Shown: piece by piece, positions 54,617-64,000 of the stretch
Layout of the letters: each line of letters opens with the position of its first letter
How positions within the stretch are numbered: the stretch's first letter is position 1
Source: an uncultured Solirubrobacterales bacterium
GTDB lineage: Bacteria > Actinomycetota > Thermoleophilia > Solirubrobacterales > Solirubrobacteraceae
Assembly (NCBI GenBank): GCA_963744245.1
Contig: CAVUST010000002.1
Coordinates: forward strand, 5,891 to 69,890
Direction of reading: 5' to 3'
Length of the DNA: 64,000 nt
The notes under the pieces: generated by a model
What the model was told of the DNA's origin: nothing
The model's input: only the letters and a program-made list of their open reading frames with translations
Database searches by the model: none
Translations under genes and position numbers: made by a program

Positions 54617-57490
54617 CTATCGCCGCTCGGCCTCAGTGGGCATGGGGAGTTCCTGTTGACCGACGCGCCGCGGTCCGCGACGGGCACTGGCATATCGTGC
54701 GGGCGCAAGGCCGGTTTGGCGCGCCCAGTCGAGCATGATCTTTGCTTGGGTCTCCGCCGTACCGTCTCCCCAATGAAGATGCAGGCGGCTGCTCAGTGCC
54801 TTGCCCAAGCTGCGGTTGCTCAAGAGCCCGGTCGCCTCGTCATTCAAGATCGCCACGAATTCCGCAAACGCCCGATCCCGCAGTACTTGCTCACCAATTA
54901 TCTTCCCACGACTCTTCGCGTCCGCGCGATAAAATGAGAGCGCTATGGGTTCAAGGATCAAAGAAGGACCCTGACGGCGCAAAAAGCCCAGATCGGTCAA
55001 CACACGAAGAGCCTTCGAGGCCGTGCTCTTGCGAAAGTCAGTCCACTCCGGCGCCCGTTGCGCAGCCGCAGCCTGGGCGATTCTCTCCACAACCGCCTCG
55101 ACGGGTGCGTATTGCACTCGAAGCATGAAGGCGGACCGCCGTCTCGCCGGCAGAATGCTTCGCTCTCGCACCTCTGCACCAACACTGAGCTGCCGGATGA
55201 CTCCGTCGTGCTTGTCAAAAACAGCGAGATCGGCGAAGTCCAGCCAGTCTGCAAGCACAAGAGCGTACTGTCGCCAGGTCCTGCTTGTCGCGGACACGTA
55301 TGTTGCGAGTCCTGCAAGCAGGTCAGTGCACTCGCCGATTGACAGCCTTTCCTTCTCCTCGAGATGGGCGAGGATGCCCTGGGCCGTCCGATTACGCGTC
55401 AGGCGATCTTTGAGGAAAACCCGAAAGCTGCCATCCACGTCATCCCCGTCCGTGGACAGCTTTACGCGAATCGACCCGTCGGCCACCTCGACGAGTCCGA
55501 GCATGCGCATGTCACGTACCACGTTGTACAGGCTTCTTTGACTCAATTCGACTCGTGAAATGAAGTCTTCCATGTGGAGTTCGCCTCCACTGTCAATGAG
55601 TGTCTTGACCCGTGAAAGAACGGCGCCTGCGGACATCCGCAGGATGTAGTTCTCCTGGATGGGCAAGCGTCCCGTGTTGAGGAAATCACGAAAAATGTCC
55701 CAATAGACGTCATATCTGCTCCCGATGCGGACTATCAAACGTCGGTTGAGGAGGCGTTGAACAACAGCAGCGTCAAACTCCTCTCCCAGATCTGCGACCG
55801 CAATTGGCGCCGCTCTGGCAATCGCTCGAAGAACATCCTCCTCCTGAGGAGAAAGTCCTTGCATGTCCTCTCGGAAAAGCTCGTCTACGTTCAGGACACT
55901 TGTCGCGATGTCAGCCTGCTTGGCACCGAGGACCTTCTGGGCTCGCACGTGGGCGCAGAGCTTCATGAGAAGCCAGGGATAGCCCTGGGAGAACTCCGAA
56001 AGCAGGAACCGCAGGTCTTGCCTCAACGAGGCCACACGCATTTCACTACGTAGCTTGTCCAAGACGAGCGCAGTCTCTTCCTCACCGAACGGAGGCAGAG
56101 CTATGACATGGCTGACTGCGCGTATCTCGTCTCGCTGCATGAAGGGGAAGTCATCCATCACCCCCACCAGATCCGTCTTCCATGCGAAGGCGATGACGAC
56201 ATTGCCAGAGTGGTCGACTATTCGAGTGAAAAGATCGTAGATGGGATCCAGCACGCTTGGCGTGAAGAACACACTCTCAAACTGATCTAGAAAGACGAAC
56301 AGAAGCTCACCACGCTCCTGCAACACTTCGTCGATCGCCACGAGCTGCTGCATCGCCCCATCGAAGCCGGGTATGGGGAAATTTCGCATGCCCTCTGGGA
56401 GGACCTCGTGAAGCGATGCCAGTGTCGGGAGTTCAGCAATCAGTTGGAGGACAAATTGACCTGACGAAGCGGAACGGCTGTCAATCGCCATCGCGTGGTG
56501 ACCCGAATCGGACAGACGTTGCACAGCGGACAGAACGAAGGAGCTCTTTCCCCAACCGGAAGACGCCTCGATCAGCATTGAGCGCGCCGATGTAGTCCGT
56601 GTGAGAATGTCGCCGACGAAAGCGTCAAATCTGAGAAACGACTGATGACGTCCGACAAAGTACTCAGGCGAGGCTGGAAACTGGTACTCGAAGTAGGAAG
56701 AGCTCGCCTTGACTTCTACGATGGCCTCGCCCAGGTCGGCGTTCGAGGGCTGAGCTGGTTGCAGATCGTCAACAATCCAGTCGACGCCGTCAAGTTCAGG
56801 ACAGGCGCGTGAAAGCAATTCAGCAAAGGCCTCGTCCACTACGTGCTTGCCCTGCTGGTCGAGAAGGAGCGCCGCGGTTGGAGTTGAGTCCCCAGGTCGG
56901 ATGACGTATTGCGCCCAAAAGACGCCGCGATCGGTATAGAGCATGAGCCTGTCTCCAGGCGACCCGTGCCCTGGCCTCACCGCAGATTCGATCAGTACCT
57001 CCGGCACCGTTATGCCCGCGGCAACAACGAGCTCGACGACGCGATCCTGCTCGAGTATTTCAATGGAGCGCTTGACGGACGCCGCATTCTCCTCGTGGAA
57101 GGCCCAGACCGCACCATTCACACACGGCAACGCAATGAAGAGTCCCTGAGCGTGTTCGTCTTTGAGGTATCGGCTTGCGAACTTCCCAAAGAAGGCATGG
57201 TAGGCTGGCGCCGTTACGGGCTCTGAATGACACTTGCACTCGGCGTAGACCGGGTTCGAGCCGAGATCCGTGCGGGCTTCGACGTCGATCTCCATGCCCG
57301 CATAGTTCCTACGTGGCACATTTGTCGTTGTAGCGCCACGACGCCTGATGATCTCCGAGACGAGGCTCTCGAAGAGTCGCCCGCGAGCAGCAGCGGCGGC
57401 CTCTTGATTGGCATTGGTCGAAATGATGCGAAGTGTCGGCACAGCAAAAGGCGGTGGGGGATCGTCAACAATAGACTCCCCGGTGCTCAA
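54617..57490 (-). CDS. Restriction-endonuclease (Mrr-like PD-(D/E)xK) + STAND-like ATPase + C-terminal helical/wHTH domains
   Basis: GRLFE..EIDV..AECK; FVGR; Walker A ASSGWGKS; Walker B VFLDQFE; lower GC than flanks. Confidence 0.85.
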   Translation of the reverse strand: MSTGESIVDDPPPPFAVPTLRIISTNANQEAAAAARGRLFESLVSEIIRRRGATTTNVPRRNYAGMEIDVEARTDLGSNPVYAECKCHSEPVTAPAYHAFFGKFASRYLKDEHAQGLFIALPCVNGAVWAFHEENAASVKRSIEILEQDRVVELVVAAGITVPEVLIESAVRPGHGSPGDRLMLYTDRGVFWAQYVIRPGDSTPTAALLLDQQGKHVVDEAFAELLSRACPELDGVDWIVDDLQPAQPSNADLGEAIVEVKASSSYFEYQFPASPEYFVGRHQSFLRFDAFVGDILTRTTSARSMLIEASSGWGKSSFVLSAVQRLSDSGHHAMAIDSRSASSGQFVLQLIAELPTLASLHEVLPEGMRNFPIPGFDGAMQQLVAIDEVLQERGELLFVFLDQFESVFFTPSVLDPIYDLFTRIVDHSGNVVIAFAWKTDLVGVMDDFPFMQRDEIRAVSHVIALPPFGEEETALVLDKLRSEMRVASLRQDLRFLLSEFSQGYPWLLMKLCAHVRAQKVLGAKQADIATSVLNVDELFREDMQGLSPQEEDVLRAIARAAPIAVADLGEEFDAAVVQRLLNRRLIVRIGSRYDVYWDIFRDFLNTGRLPIQENYILRMSAGAVLSRVKTLIDSGGELHMEDFISRVELSQRSLYNVVRDMRMLGLVEVADGSIRVKLSTDGDDVDGSFRVFLKDRLTRNRTAQGILAHLEEKERLSIGECTDLLAGLATYVSATSRTWRQYALVLADWLDFADLAVFDKHDGVIRQLSVGAEVRERSILPARRRSAFMLRVQYAPVEAVVERIAQAAAAQRAPEWTDFRKSTASKALRVLTDLGFLRRQGPSLILEPIALSFYRADAKSRGKIIGEQVLRDRAFAEFVAILNDEATGLLSNRSLGKALSSRLHLHWGDGTAETQAKIMLDWARQTGLAPARYASARRGPRRVGQQELPMPTEAERR

Positions 57491-57541
57491 AGGCAGGCTG
57501 CCGGCTACGTGGCAGACCGATCGGGGATCGACGGGGATCTC

Positions 57542-58717
57542 TCACAGCTCGGCGATGCGCCCCGCCAGAAAACGCCGCTCGGGATCAGTGTGAACCAGCT
57601 CCAACGCACGCTCGTACGCCGCGCGGGCCTCCTCGGGGCGGTCCAGGCGGCGCAGCAGGTCGGCGCGGGCGGCGTGGTAGTAGTGGTAGTCCCCAAGCCC
57701 ATCCACCCGGTCGATCGCCAGCAGTCCCTCCCGCCAGCCCTGCGCGTGCGCGAGCGCTGCTGCGCGGTTGAGCTCCACCACGGGAGAGTCGGTCACCCGC
57801 GCGAGCTCGTCATACAGCGCGACGATCTCCACCCAGTCGCTCTCCTGCCGGGCGTGCAGCGAGGCGATCGCGGCCTGCAACACGTAGGGACCGCGGCCGT
57901 GCAGTGCCAGCGCGCGCTGCAGCGCCGCGCGGCCGGCCTGGATCTGCTCGCCGTCCCACAGCGCGCGATCCTGATCGGCGAGCAGCACGAGCGCCCCGTC
58001 GCGATGGCGGGCCGCGCTGCGCGAGTCGTGTAGCAGCATCAGCGCGAGCAGGCCGCACACCTCGGGCTCGTCGGGCATCAGTTCGACAAGCGCCCGACCG
58101 AGCCGGATCGCCTCCGCGGACAGCTCGCCACGCCCGTCATAGCCGGAGTTGAAGATCAGATACACGACCGCGAGCACGGCGCTCAGCCGGTCCGGCAGCA
58201 GGTGCGCGGACGGGATCCTGAAGGGGATGCCCGCAGCCTTGATCTTGCGCTTGGCCCGCACCAGCCGCTGCGCCATCGCCGGCTCGGCCACGAGAAACGC
58301 ACGGGCGATCTCCTCGGTGGTCAATCCCCCGAGCGTGCGCAGGGTCAGCGCGACCTGCGCGTCGGTGGCGAGCGCCGGATGACAGCAGGTGAACACCAGC
58401 TCGAGGCGCTCGTCCGGAAACGTGCTCGTCTCCATGTCGACTTCCTGTTCAGCCATCTCGGACGCCTGCAGCAGGCGGGTCTTCGCGGCGAGCGTGCGAT
58501 CGCGACGCAGGCGGTCGATCGCGCGGTTGCGCGCCGTCGCCACCAGCCATCCGGCCGGATTGGCGGGAGCTCCCTCGCGCGGCCAGCGCTCGGCGGCGAT
58601 CGCGAACGCCTCCTGGGCGGCCTCCTCGGCGAGGTCGACGTCGCCGAGGAAGCCGATCAGCGCCGCCAGCACGCGCCCGGAGTGATCGCGAAACGTCTGC
58701 TCGAGGTGAGCCGTCAC
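57542..58717 (-). CDS. ECF RNA polymerase sigma factor with C-terminal DUF6596/TPR extension
   Basis: [33 protein letters not shown] and [10 protein letters not shown]. Confidence 0.9.
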   Translation of the reverse strand: MTAHLEQTFRDHSGRVLAALIGFLGDVDLAEEAAQEAFAIAAERWPREGAPANPAGWLVATARNRAIDRLRRDRTLAAKTRLLQASEMAEQEVDMETSTFPDERLELVFTCCHPALATDAQVALTLRTLGGLTTEEIARAFLVAEPAMAQRLVRAKRKIKAAGIPFRIPSAHLLPDRLSAVLAVVYLIFNSGYDGRGELSAEAIRLGRALVELMPDEPEVCGLLALMLLHDSRSAARHRDGALVLLADQDRALWDGEQIQAGRAALQRALALHGRGPYVLQAAIASLHARQESDWVEIVALYDELARVTDSPVVELNRAAALAHAQGWREGLLAIDRVDGLGDYHYYHAARADLLRRLDRPEEARAAYERALELVHTDPERRFLAGRIAEL

Positions 58718-59067
58718 TCCACGATCGGGCGGACCTCGATCGCGCCGCCCATGCTCGCCGCCGGGATGCGCGCGGCCAGCTCGATCGCCGCGTCGAGGTC
58801 GTCGGCCTCGTAGAACAGGTACCCGCCGAGCGCCTCCTTGACCTCGACGAACGGGCCGTCCGTCGTCAGCGTCTGCCCGTCGCGCACCCGTACCGTGGTC
58901 GCCGTCTCGGGGGGCTGCATGCGCATGCCGGGGGTTGCGTGCGGGTCTTCGTTGATCGCCCGATACGCGCCGTAGACCGCTCCCTGCTCGGTCTCGGACA
59001 GGTCCTCCCACTCCGGCGAGCCCGGCAGCGGGGTCGTGCCCTGATGGATCAGCAGCATGTACTTCAT
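58714..59067 (-). CDS. YciI family protein
   Basis: [22 protein letters not shown] and IEVRPI. Confidence 0.92.
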   Translation of the reverse strand: MKYMLLIHQGTTPLPGSPEWEDLSETEQGAVYGAYRAINEDPHATPGMRMQPPETATTVRVRDGQTLTTDGPFVEVKEALGGYLFYEADDLDAAIELAARIPAASMGGAIEVRPIVE

Positions 59068-59187
59068 CGAGATTCTCCTTCGTAGGGTACGTGGATGGTC
59101 TCCTCTAGGACGAATGGGTACGTCGAAAGTCGACAGCTCCGCCAAGTCCGTACGATCTGACCGGTGAGCACCAAGCAGAGCCGTGGC

Positions 59188-60051
59188 ATGGGGTATGTGC
59201 TGGCGATCGGGGGCGTCGCGTCCGCGCTGATCGTCCTGATCGTCGGGGCGAGCACGATCGCGGCGGTCGGCCACGAAGTGCCGAAGGAACTGTGGGCGAT
59301 CGGCGGCGCGCTGAGCGGGTCGCTCGTCGGCATTCTCGCCAAGTCGCCCCAGCCCCGCGGTTCAGGCAAAGAGGCGGCGCCACTGACGGCCGCCCAGGAA
59401 ACGATCGACGCCGCCAACAAAGCGGCGCACGCCAGCGCCGCAGCGCAGGCGCCGGGCGATCAAGCCGCCGTCACGAGCGCGAACAAGGCCGTGCGAGACG
59501 TCGAAAGCATGGGCGAGCAGGCCAAGCAGGAGCTGGCGAGCATGACCGGCATCGGCGCAGTGGGACCCGACGTCCAGACCGCGACGCTGACGGCCGCCAC
59601 GAGCGTCGTGCACGCCCAGGGGCAGCAGCTGCTCAGGATCGCCGACGAAGCGAAGGCAAAACCCCAGGACGATGTCCTGGCGGCCTCCCTGCGCGTCCAC
59701 GAAGCCGCCCAGAACGCCGCCGTGACGACGGCGGCGGTGGCCGCCACGCCGAGCGATCCCGGCTGGCTGTCCGGGCTGAAGGCGATGGTGAGCGAACCCA
59801 AACTTCTGGTCCCGTTCGGCCTGTTCGTGATCACCGTCACGCTCGGCATCCTGCTCGGCCTGGGCGTCATCCAGCCGGCGGCCTGTCCGTCTGGCCTGAC
59901 ATGCACCTATGCCAAGACGACCGAGCAGGCCGCGAACGTGATGATCTCGCTCGCCTCGGCGTCTGTGGGCGCCCTGATCGGCATGTTCGCGACGGCCTCC
60001 GCCGGTACGACACCCGCCAAAGCGCCCGGTGGCGCAGGCAAACCGGCCTGA
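59188..60051 (+). CDS. Hypothetical membrane protein (2 TM + helical linker + 2 TM)
   Basis: Hydrophobic segments at both ends with an Ala-rich middle. Confidence 0.6.
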   Translation: MGYVLAIGGVASALIVLIVGASTIAAVGHEVPKELWAIGGALSGSLVGILAKSPQPRGSGKEAAPLTAAQETIDAANKAAHASAAAQAPGDQAAVTSANKAVRDVESMGEQAKQELASMTGIGAVGPDVQTATLTAATSVVHAQGQQLLRIADEAKAKPQDDVLAASLRVHEAAQNAAVTTAAVAATPSDPGWLSGLKAMVSEPKLLVPFGLFVITVTLGILLGLGVIQPAACPSGLTCTYAKTTEQAANVMISLASASVGALIGMFATASAGTTPAKAPGGAGKPA

Positions 60052-60188
60052 TCCCCGCCCAGTCGCTCTCCCGCCGGGCGTGCAGCGTGGCGATCTCGCC
60101 GCCGCGGAGGCGGTCGAGGAGGCGGCGGCGATCTTCTGAACGATTCCGCAGACACCCGAGTCGCAACCGCGGACGTCGCAACATGCAG

Positions 60189-60229
60189 TTGACAGCCTCC
60201 TCAGATTCATGTTACTATCGGTAATCTGA
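60189..60229 (+). promoter_or_regulatory. Sigma70-type promoter with overlapping inverted repeat
   Basis: TTGACA at 60189, 18-bp spacer, TGnTACTAT at 60210-60218; TCAGATT..AATCTGA at 60201-60229. Confidence 0.6.
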
Positions 60230-60348
60230 AATGGGGATGACCCTTTGCGGACGGCGAGGTGCGCGGCATGTCGGCAACCGAGCGAGGAACGTGTGATGCA
60301 GCTCAAGATCGGAGTCCCGTGCCCAGGCGGGTAGTCGAGCGATACACC

Positions 60349-61212
60349 ATGACAACCGTGCCGCTGCGCGTTCCCCAAGCGGTTGCGGCCGAAGCTCCGC
60401 GCGCACGCGCCCGAGCACGGCATACTGCTCATCAGGTGAACCCGCTGCGGATGGACATAGCCGGCATGCGCGCCACCGGCGCGGGGGGAGTCGCCCGCAC
60501 GGCGGTCGTCGCGCTGTCGATCTGCGCCGGGCTGGCCGGCACCGCGCATGCGGAAAACTTCGCTTCGATCACACCCTCCCTGTCGCCCAACCGGCTGCAC
60601 GCCAAGGCCGCCCTGACATTCACGATGCGCTTTTCGGGCAGTCAGTTCGGCATCGCCGCCCCCCTGAGCCGGTCGATCGTGCGCCTGCCCGCCGGAATGA
60701 CGCTCGACGTCCCGCATCTGAGCAGCTGCACCGCGGCCCGCCTGCGCGCCCGCGGCCCGAGCGGCTGTCCCGCGCAATCGGAGCTCGGCCGCGGACATGC
60801 GCTCGTGGAGGTGCACGCGGGAACCGGAAACATCACCGAGGAAGCCGAACTGTGGGCGTTCCTCGGGCCACCGAACAACCTGCAGCCGACGTTCGAGATC
60901 CTCGCCCAGGGCTATACGCCGATCGACGAACGGAAGGTGCTCGCCGGAAGCGTGCTCCCGGCGAGCGCTCCCTACGGGGAAGAGCTCGAGATGTCGGTCC
61001 CCCCGATCCCCACGCTGATGTTCGAGCCCGACGCCTCGATCGCCACGTTCACGCTGACGATCGGCACGAGCGCACAGCACGGCAAGCACAGCGCCAACGC
61101 GGTCCTCACGCCCTCCACCTGCCCGGCGGGCGGGTGGCCGTTTGCCGCCGAATTCACCTACGCCGACGGCTCGGTCGGCGCCGCGCTCGCCACCACCCCC
61201 TGCCCGGCATGA
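60349..61212 (+). CDS. Hypothetical secreted beta-rich protein (true start probably further downstream)
   Basis: Signal-like VVALSICAGLAGTAHA; ends CPAGGWPFAAEFTYADG. Confidence 0.7.
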   Translation: MTTVPLRVPQAVAAEAPRARARARHTAHQVNPLRMDIAGMRATGAGGVARTAVVALSICAGLAGTAHAENFASITPSLSPNRLHAKAALTFTMRFSGSQFGIAAPLSRSIVRLPAGMTLDVPHLSSCTAARLRARGPSGCPAQSELGRGHALVEVHAGTGNITEEAELWAFLGPPNNLQPTFEILAQGYTPIDERKVLAGSVLPASAPYGEELEMSVPPIPTLMFEPDASIATFTLTIGTSAQHGKHSANAVLTPSTCPAGGWPFAAEFTYADGSVGAALATTPCPA

Positions 61213-61706
61213 GCGGATCGGCGACACCCGCCCGCGCCCTCACGGCCCTCGTGCTGTGTCTGCTCGCGCTGCTGGTGCTCGCGCCGCTCAGCGCCGGCGA
61301 GCGCACGTCGCCAAGCAGCCCGTCCGCGCACGCGTCGCGGACGATCTCGCTGAACGAGACCGGCCGGCTGCACCTCACGAGCAAGCACAACTTCACGCTC
61401 AACGAGCAGGGCTCGGCGTCGGGCACGGTCACGGGCACGATCTACGTGCACCTGACCACCGTCTCGAGCACTCGCGTGACGGCCGAAGTCAACATCTATG
61501 CCCACGGGGCATCCTTCTCGGGCAACGGCAACGCGAGCTACCACCGGGCGAGCACGACGGCCAGCTTCTCCGGCTCGATGTCGATCGACCGCGGGACCGG
61601 GAGCTACGCCCACGTCCGTGGATCGGGCCTGAGCTTCAGCGGCACGATCGCGGAATCGCGGAACGACCCGATCACCGTGCACGTCAGCGGCAGGGTGTCG
61701 GACTGA
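61209..61706 (+). CDS. Hypothetical secreted protein
   Basis: ATGA-coupled; signal peptide followed by a Ser/Thr/Gly beta-rich domain. Confidence 0.7.
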   Translation: MSGSATPARALTALVLCLLALLVLAPLSAGERTSPSSPSAHASRTISLNETGRLHLTSKHNFTLNEQGSASGTVTGTIYVHLTTVSSTRVTAEVNIYAHGASFSGNGNASYHRASTTASFSGSMSIDRGTGSYAHVRGSGLSFSGTIAESRNDPITVHVSGRVSD

Positions 61707-61761
61707 TGAGGATCGCCGGGGATCACCTCGGCGGCCATCCCTGAATTGAATCGAGACACAG

Positions 61762-62529
61762 GTGCTGGAGCTGCGCAACCTCGTCAAGCACTACCCGGCC
61801 GTGGGCGGCGAGCCCGTGCGCGCCGTGGACGGCGTCTCGCTGACGGTCGCCCCGGGTGAAACCATCGCGGTGTACGGGCCGAGCGGGTCGGGCAAGACGA
61901 CGCTGCTGCTGATGGTGGCGATGCTGCTGGCGCCCACCGCCGGCACGATCCTGATCGGCGAGCGCGACGTCTCCACGCTGTCTGAGCGCGAGGCCTCGCA
62001 CTTCCGGCTCGCCGAACTGGGTTTCATCCGCCAGAGCTTCGACCTGCTGCCGGGCGTCAGCGCGATCGACAACGCGATGCTGAAGCTGCTCAAGACCAGG
62101 CGCTGGCGCCAGGCGCGGCGCGAGATCGCGCCGCTGCTTGAGCGACTCGGGCTGGGCGAGCGCATGGATCATCGCTCGGAGACGCTGTCGATGGGCGAGC
62201 GCCAGCGGGTGATGATCGCCAGGGCCCTCTCGACCTCGCCCCGTCTGCTGCTCGCCGACGAGCCGACCGGCAGCCTCGACAGCCGGCGCGGGCGCGAAGT
62301 GCTCGAGCTGCTGCGCGAGCTCAGCCGTGAGCGCGGGGTCGCCTCGGTGATCGTCAGCCACGACCCGATGGCGGCCGAGTACGCCGATCGCGTGCTCGCG
62401 TTGCTCGACGGGCAGCTCTCGGACTACCGGGCCACCCAGCAGGCCACCCAGCCATCCCCGCGCCCGGCGCTGGATGGCGAACCCACGGGCGGCGCGGATG
62501 GGCTTGCCGTCTCCGCCGACGCGGGATAG
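61762..62529 (+). CDS. ABC transporter ATP-binding protein (LolD/MacB-type)
   Basis: GPSGSGKT, LSMGERQRV, LLADEPTGSLD and VSHD. Confidence 0.93.
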   Translation: MLELRNLVKHYPAVGGEPVRAVDGVSLTVAPGETIAVYGPSGSGKTTLLLMVAMLLAPTAGTILIGERDVSTLSEREASHFRLAELGFIRQSFDLLPGVSAIDNAMLKLLKTRRWRQARREIAPLLERLGLGERMDHRSETLSMGERQRVMIARALSTSPRLLLADEPTGSLDSRRGREVLELLRELSRERGVASVIVSHDPMAAEYADRVLALLDGQLSDYRATQQATQPSPRPALDGEPTGGADGLAVSADAG

Positions 62530-62531
62530 CC

Positions 62532-64000
62532 GTGAAGCCGCTCAACGCCCTGCACCTCTACCGCGTGCGCCTGCGCGCCCGGTTCTGGCAGGAGTGCTTT
62601 GCGATCGTGGGCATCGCCGCCGGGGTCGCGCTGCTGTTCGCCTCGCAGGTCGCGAGCTCGAGCCTGCAGAGCTCGGTCAGCCAGCTTTCGCGCGGGATCG
62701 CCGGCAACGCGACGCTGCAGCTGCTGGCGCGCGACCCGCACGGCTTTCCACAGAGCACGCTGGCGCGCGTGCGCGCGATCCCCGGCGTGCGCGTCGCCGC
62801 GCCGGTGCTGGAATCCGGGGCGAACGCGATCGGCCCCACCGGCAGGGAGTCGGTCGAGCTGATCGGCGCCGATGCGAGCCTGTCCCGGCTCGGCGGCGCG
62901 CTCGTGCGCGGGACGAATCTCAGGCCGTTCGGGGGCATCGGCGCGGTCGTGCTGCCCGCTCCGCTGGCGCACAGGATCGGGGCGACGCAGTTCGGCCAGG
63001 AAGTCGTCTTTGCACTCGACGGGCACACGGCCGAGGCGCCGCTGTACTCCCAGCTGCACGCGAGCCAGATCGGGCCGTTGACCGCCAGTGCGGTCGCGAT
63101 CGTGCCGCTGTCGCTCGCCCAGGAAATGACCGGCCTGGGCGCACGCGTGAGCCGCATCCTCATACAGCCGGCCGCCGGCGCCGAAGCGCAGGTTCGATCC
63201 GCACTCCAGCGGCTGGCCGGCGGGCGTCTGAACGTCGAGGCGGTCGACTACGAAGAACGACTGTTCGCCAAGGCGGCCGCGGCGAGCAACCAGTCGACCG
63301 CGCTGTTCTCCGCGATCAGCGCGCTGGTGGGGTTCCTGTTCGCGTTCAACGCCATGCTGCTGACCGTCCCGCAGCGCCGGCGGCTGATCGTCGATCTGCG
63401 CCGCGACGGGTACACGCCGCGGACGGTGATCGCGGTGCTGCTGCTCGACGCCGTCGTGCTCGGCCTGCTGGCATGCGCGCTCGGGCTGGCGCTGGGCGAG
63501 GAGCTCTCGATGCATTTGCTGCACTCCAACCCGGCGTTCCTGTCGCTGGCGTTCGCCGTCGGCTCGGAGCGCTTCGTCAGCTGGCAGAGCGTCGCGTTCG
63601 CCACCGCCGGTGGGATGCTGGCCGCGATCGTGGCGGTGCTCACCCCGTTGCGCGACATCCTCTCGCGCGATCCGCTCGCCGCGATCGGGGGTCGGGAGGG
63701 CTCGGGCAAAGCCGCATCCGCAGGGTCCTCGACTCGCGCGCCCGTGCGCGCGGCGCTGGCCGGGGTGGCGTGTCTGGCCGCCGCCACGGCGATCCTGCTC
63801 GCCGCGCCCGACGCGGCGATCCCCGGCATGGTCCTGCTGGTGGCGGCGCTGCTGCTGGTGCTGCCGTTCGCGCTCGCCGTCACGCTCGCGCTCGTCCGCA
63901 GGCTCGCCAGGATGATCGCCGGCGTCGTCCCGCACGTCGCGACGATGGAGTTGAGCGCGGCCCGGGCGCGGGCCGTCGCGATCGCGGCGACCGGCGCGAT
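62532..64000 (+). CDS. FtsX/MacB-like ABC permease, 3'-truncated by the window
   Basis: GTG start MKPLNALHLYRVRLR..GIAAGVALLFASQV; LLTVPQRRRLIVDLRRDG; absent from the ORF track because it runs off the end. Confidence 0.85.
   Translation, partial: MKPLNALHLYRVRLRARFWQECFAIVGIAAGVALLFASQVASSSLQSSVSQLSRGIAGNATLQLLARDPHGFPQSTLARVRAIPGVRVAAPVLESGANAIGPTGRESVELIGADASLSRLGGALVRGTNLRPFGGIGAVVLPAPLAHRIGATQFGQEVVFALDGHTAEAPLYSQLHASQIGPLTASAVAIVPLSLAQEMTGLGARVSRILIQPAAGAEAQVRSALQRLAGGRLNVEAVDYEERLFAKAAAASNQSTALFSAISALVGFLFAFNAMLLTVPQRRRLIVDLRRDGYTPRTVIAVLLLDAVVLGLLACALGLALGEELSMHLLHSNPAFLSLAFAVGSERFVSWQSVAFATAGGMLAAIVAVLTPLRDILSRDPLAAIGGREGSGKAASAGSSTRAPVRAALAGVACLAAATAILLAAPDAAIPGMVLLVAALLLVLPFALAVTLALVRRLARMIAGVVPHVATMELSAARARAVAIAATGA

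Noticed and set aside
60140-60340. Riboswitch upstream of the secreted-protein operon
   Set aside because: I recognised no aptamer consensus. A promoter plus operator explains the symmetry.

Overview
High-GC actinobacterial chromosome segment. The gene content resembles Thermoleophilia/Solirubrobacterales (inference). 1-11.2 kb: a cytochrome oxidase + qcrCAB cluster with atypical proton-channel residues, then a stress-type cluster (F420 LLM oxidoreductase, DUF421, DUF6328, isochorismatase, DUF892). 11.3-21.1 kb: an accessory region next to tRNA-Pro/tRNA-Gly. It holds an IS256 copy with an 8-bp TSD and a 5.2-kb cargo-carrying Mutator-like transposon (26-bp perfect TIRs, 8-bp TSD, internal array of five 17-bp repeats). 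21.4-42.9 kb: core genes (SDR, PQQ-like propeller, two-component pair, lepA, murJ, rpsT, holA, leuS, tRNA-Ala). Two non-coding or in-frame oddities stand out here: four abutting perfect 24-bp palindromes inserted in frame in leuS, and two covarying copies of a 160-190 bp multi-hairpin element bracketing the PQQ-propeller gene. 42.9-48.6 kb: an integrase-less mini-island at tRNA-Ala (IS1182, DUF488 x2, OB-fold-like protein, wHTH ORF that starts inside attR), gene debris and a Phd/RelE TA pair. 48.6-64 kb: DUF899 x2/DUF2182, a PspC two-component cluster, a 957-aa REase-ATPase (putative defence), ECF sigma/YciI, secreted proteins and an ABC exporter. All family assignments come from motif recognition by eye, not from database searches.
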